From positions 6,758,001 through 6,822,000 of the forward strand of contig NC_090367.1 of NCBI RefSeq assembly GCF_035084215.1: a stretch of DNA of 64,000 nucleotides. Direction: 5' to 3'. Shown here in pieces: positions 63,106-64,000 of this stretch. The notes under the pieces are model-generated. The model was not told where the DNA came from and ran no database searches. It saw nothing but the letters and a program-made list of their open reading frames with translations. How positions within the stretch are numbered: the stretch's first letter is position 1; each line of letters starts with the position of its first letter. This DNA comes from Heptranchias perlo (taxonomy: Eukaryota). The translations under genes were made by a program, and so were the position numbers.

Positions 63106-64000
63106 ATCCATTGAACCCTGCTGGAGATGGATATCTACTGAGAACAAGATTCAGCTCGGCTGTGATGCGACTCTGTCAGGCTATCCAACCGCGGGGACAT
63201 GCAGTGGCTGCTGTGGCGAGGTATCGGAGGGCAAACAGCGTCTGTGTGACACTAATCCAGCAAGGAGACGATGTCTGCAGAAACGAGTGGACTTAGAGCC
63301 CGAGAAATCGGCGAGGTACCGAATCCGCACACCCCGTGGTCTCTGCCGCTGAACCTGCTACAATTTGCAGGGTAAGGGGGATGGGCTGTGTGTAGCAGGG
63401 TTTTGACAGTTTGGGGAGCAGGTTTGGGGTTTGCTCCCCACTCCCCCCCTCCCCCGAGCAAAAGAGGCTGGAAATGCTTGCCAGACCAGCACTGAGTCCG
63501 CAAGCTCAACGCCCCCCCCCCCTGGAAAGGGGAGGAGACTGCCCCCCTCTGTGTCAGAGGGCCCTTGTAAAATATACGTTCAGTCCTCATCTATGGGGGT
63601 CGTGATCTTGGCCTGGTTCTCCCAAGTGGGCCCCACAAACACCCCTGCTGGCGAGGTAGGCCTCGTCTCACCAGAGGGGGCACCCTACTTATTGAGCCCC
63701 CGGCCCCCATCCTCTTACACTGGTGGCCTTGTGGCAGCTCTTCCCCCACAAGACCACCCCAGAAACTTCAACCCAGAGTGGGGACCCTGCTGAATTTGTG
63801 ACCATTCCAATGGACTCCTGCTGAAGTTACAGTGGGAGTCTGGCAGATCAGCGGTCGAATTTCAGAGTCTAGTTATTACATAAACTATCAAACACTTGAT
63901 GGAACTGTGTGGTTTAATTGTTTAATTGAGATCCGGAGCATACTCTGTCCAGACTGAGCAGGTGAAGATGGTAATGAATAAAGTTGCAAGAAACAAATTC

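Overview
Eukaryotic (vertebrate) genomic DNA. The repeat content (Deu-domain tRNA-SINEs, many CR1/L2 LINE fragments) and the protein sequence suggest a cartilaginous fish, which is an inference. The whole window lies inside one + strand gene, alpha-neurexin, best matching NRXN2. Eight GT-AG coding exons splice in frame: 20655-20816, 22277-22742, 24495-24878, 27357-27560, the 27-nt SS3 microexon 39877-39903 (absent from the ORF track), 46729-46848, 55653-56034 and 62532-62722. They encode the end of LNS2, LNS3, EGF2, LNS4 and most of LNS5. The SS2 exon was not found and probably lies upstream. The introns hold CR1/L2 remnants, several SINE families, palindromic MITE-like elements and several tandem arrays, including a 3.7-kb C-rich minisatellite that produces the spurious 1318-aa ORF. 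No prokaryotic system, CRISPR array or RNA gene is supportable. Best leads: two unannotated candidate cassette exons whose donors coincide with RFX X-boxes (6188-6256 with an in-frame stop; 28459-28488 frame-preserving), a 9-aa internal duplication and an R-to-C change in LNS3, a 71-bp inverted templated insertion, and a SINE-like family seen only in sense orientation and often beside exons. Repeat boundaries are approximate and no database searches were run.
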